Source: Actinomycetota bacterium
GTDB taxonomy: Bacteria; Actinomycetota; Actinomycetes; S36-B12
Direction: 5' to 3'
NCBI GenBank assembly: GCA_016717115.1
Contig: JADKGE010000001.1
Coordinates: forward strand, 508,584 to 572,583
DNA length: 64,000 nucleotides
Shown here one piece after another: positions 62,261 through 64,000 of the stretch (the first letter of the stretch is position 1; each line of letters begins with the position of its first letter). Under the pieces are notes generated by a model. That model was not told the DNA's origin and did not search any database. It saw only the letters and a list, made by a program, of their open reading frames with translations. Made by a program: the position numbers and the translations under genes.

Positions 62261-63433
62261 ATGACGAGCCGCAGGGCGATCGAGCCCACGTGGGCTGACG
62301 CACGCGCGCTCGCGCACGGCTGCGCGGTCCCTCTGGCCACCGAGCCCGTCGATCTGACCACGGCAGGCGGCCGGGTGGCCGCCGAGGACGTCCACTCGCT
62401 GACTCCGCTGCCGTCGCGCGACGCATCGGCGATGGATGGTTGGGCCGTGTGTGGACCCGGACCGTGGCACGTCGTCGACGCCCTCCTCGCCGGGGACGTT
62501 GCTTCGTCGCCCTTGTCCGATGGCGAGGCGATGGAGATCGCGACCGGGACGGCGCTGCCCGAAGGAACCCGTGGAGTTCTTCGAAGAGAGCACGGCATTG
62601 TCGACGAGCTCGGGGCGCTGAACGGCGTCGTCGCCGAGCGTCAGGACGTGCGCGCCGCCGGCGAGGAGTCGCGCAAGGGCGAGCTGCTCATCGAGCGAGG
62701 CACGCGACTCACACCGGCGCACGTCGGGCTCGCGGCCGCAGCCGGTCACGACAGGCTGACGGTCTTCTCCAAGGTCACGGCTCGATTCATCGTCTTCGGA
62801 GACGAGCTGCTGCGCTCCGGCCCGGCCCGCGAAGGGAAGGTGCGCGACAGCCTCGGACCGCAGGTGCCCGGTTGGCTGTCGCGGATGGGCGTGGACGTCA
62901 TCGACGGGACGTGGGTGCCGGACACTATGGCCGCCCACGTCGACGCGCTCAGGAACTGCACCGATGTCGATCTGGTGATCACCTCAGGAGGCACGGCGGC
63001 CGGGCCAGTCGACCACGTACGCGCCGCCCTCGACGAGACGTCCGGGGAACTGGTGGTCGACACCGTCGCGGTCCGGCCCGGGCACCCCATGCTGCTCGGG
63101 CGCTGGCCTACCCACCGCTGGCTGCTGGGCCTACCGGGCAATCCGCAGGCCGCGATCGCCGCACTCCTCACGCTGGGCGGGCCACTGATCGCCGCGCTGA
63201 ACGGCCAGCCCGTTCCGACCCTCGACACCCGCCGCATCACCGAGGCGGTGACGTCGCGTGGCGGTGCGACGCGACTGGTGCTCTGCACCGAGGCGGCGGG
63301 CACCTGCACCCCCACCGCGTACATCGGCTCCGGGATGCTGCGTGGGCTGACGACGGCCGACGGCTTCGCCGTCATACCGCCGGCCGGCTCTGAGCGCGAT
63401 CACCTGGTGCCCTGGGTGCCTCTGCCTCGGTAG
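62261..63433 (+). CDS. moeA: molybdopterin molybdenumtransferase
   Basis: In the frame of ORF 61823..63433, starting at ATG 62261. MoeA blocks are present: SPLPSRDASAMDGWAV, VITSGGTAAGPVDHV, VAVRPGHPM, GLPGNPQAA. Confidence 0.88.
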   Translation: MTSRRAIEPTWADARALAHGCAVPLATEPVDLTTAGGRVAAEDVHSLTPLPSRDASAMDGWAVCGPGPWHVVDALLAGDVASSPLSDGEAMEIATGTALPEGTRGVLRREHGIVDELGALNGVVAERQDVRAAGEESRKGELLIERGTRLTPAHVGLAAAAGHDRLTVFSKVTARFIVFGDELLRSGPAREGKVRDSLGPQVPGWLSRMGVDVIDGTWVPDTMAAHVDALRNCTDVDLVITSGGTAAGPVDHVRAALDETSGELVVDTVAVRPGHPMLLGRWPTHRWLLGLPGNPQAAIAALLTLGGPLIAALNGQPVPTLDTRRITEAVTSRGGATRLVLCTEAAGTCTPTAYIGSGMLRGLTTADGFAVIPPAGSERDHLVPWVPLPR

Positions 63434-63466
63434 GCGTCGCGAATCCCGAGCGCCTACCCTCCGGAT

Positions 63467-64000
63467 ATGCCTGCGACTGCCTACCGGACCTGCCCGCTGT
63501 GCGAGGCCACCTGCGGCCTGACCCTCACGCTCGACGGCGATCGAGTGACGAAGGTGCGGGGCGACGACGCTGACGTCTTCTCCCGCGGCTTCGTCTGCCC
63601 GAAGGGCGTGGCCCTCGGTGAGCTGCACAACGACCCGGCACGCCTGCGCTATCCGCTGGTCCGCGGCGCGGACGGCGTCCAGCGCCGGGCCTCGTGGGAC
63701 GAGGCGTGGGCGGAGATCGCCCGCCTCCTGGCCCCGGTGCGCGAGCAGCATGGGGCGGAGTCGATCGCGGTCTACCTCGGCAACCCGAACGCCCACAACG
63801 TCTCATCGACGCTGTACGGCCCGGCGCTGATCCGCGCGCTCGGCACGCACCAGGTCTACTCCGCCAGCACGGTCGACCAGATGCCCGCTCAGGTGGCGGC
63901 CGGCCTGATGTTCGGCACGGGGCTGTCCGTTCCGATCCCCGACATCGACCGCACCCAGTACTTCCTCGTGCTCGGCGCCAACCCGCTCGTGTCCAACGGC
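63467..64000 (+). CDS. molybdopterin-dependent oxidoreductase (formate dehydrogenase/nitrate reductase superfamily), 5' part only
   Basis: Not in the ORF track because there is no stop inside the window. ATG 63467 opens MPATAYRTCPLCEATCGL (N-terminal CxxCxxxC 4Fe-4S motif), followed by ...YLGNPNAHN...STVDQMP. The frame stays open to the window edge. Confidence 0.8.
   Translation, partial: MPATAYRTCPLCEATCGLTLTLDGDRVTKVRGDDADVFSRGFVCPKGVALGELHNDPARLRYPLVRGADGVQRRASWDEAWAEIARLLAPVREQHGAESIAVYLGNPNAHNVSSTLYGPALIRALGTHQVYSASTVDQMPAQVAAGLMFGTGLSVPIPDIDRTQYFLVLGANPLVSNG

Noticed and set aside
63434-63466. A molybdenum-cofactor riboswitch between moeA and the molybdopterin oxidoreductase
   Set aside because: The intergenic gap is only 33 nt, far too short for a Moco riboswitch.
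1-64000. A search for mobile genetic elements, tRNA/rRNA genes, prophage or integrative-island boundaries
   Set aside because: I recognised no integrase, transposase or recombinase, no flanking direct repeats and no tRNA-like sequence. The catabolic island may still be horizontally acquired, but this window offers no boundary evidence.

Overview
Very GC-rich, gene-dense chromosomal segment with strong third-codon-position GC bias, consistent with an actinobacterium (taxon not determinable by eye). I recognised no rRNA, tRNA, CRISPR array, transposase, integrase or phage gene. About 60 protein-coding genes are supported. Many of the long ORFs in the track are antisense artefacts of the high GC content. 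Left ~26 kb: an accessory catabolic island. It holds two paralogous pairs of a glutamine-synthetase-like ligase with a GATase-like protein, a peptidase-C26 gamma-glutamyl hydrolase, an amino-acid/amine permease and several aldehyde dehydrogenases. It also holds three cytochrome P450 genes (one frameshifted) with two different redox chains, a VanA-like Rieske protein with degenerate metal sites, purU, a CoA-transferase/acyl-CoA dehydrogenase pair and an hpaD-type extradiol cleavage operon. GntR and MarR regulators are present. A 20-nt palindrome recurs in four promoter regions of this island. Middle: a DUF202 pair, a PLP decarboxylase, an unrecognised 515-aa protein and a frameshifted ThDP enzyme. 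Next come CcdA, a thioredoxin lipoprotein carrying a perfect 15-bp x7 in-frame tandem repeat, an OmpR/HK two-component system and an L,D-transpeptidase. A complete xylose locus follows (xylB, xylA, ABC transporter, ROK regulator, epimerase). Right: a NuoF-like flavoprotein-ferredoxin-ALDH operon and a small hyper-acidic protein-FucU/RbsD-secreted DUF1524 nuclease operon. After these come a PAS-GGDEF-EAL protein, a secreted S1 protease, a cupredoxin-like protein with a Tat multicopper oxidase, SulP-RpiB, PBP4, a membrane alpha/beta-hydrolase, MoeA and the 5' end of a molybdopterin oxidoreductase. Three genes are frameshifted (ADH, P450, ThDP enzyme). All family calls rest on motif recognition by eye, with no database search.
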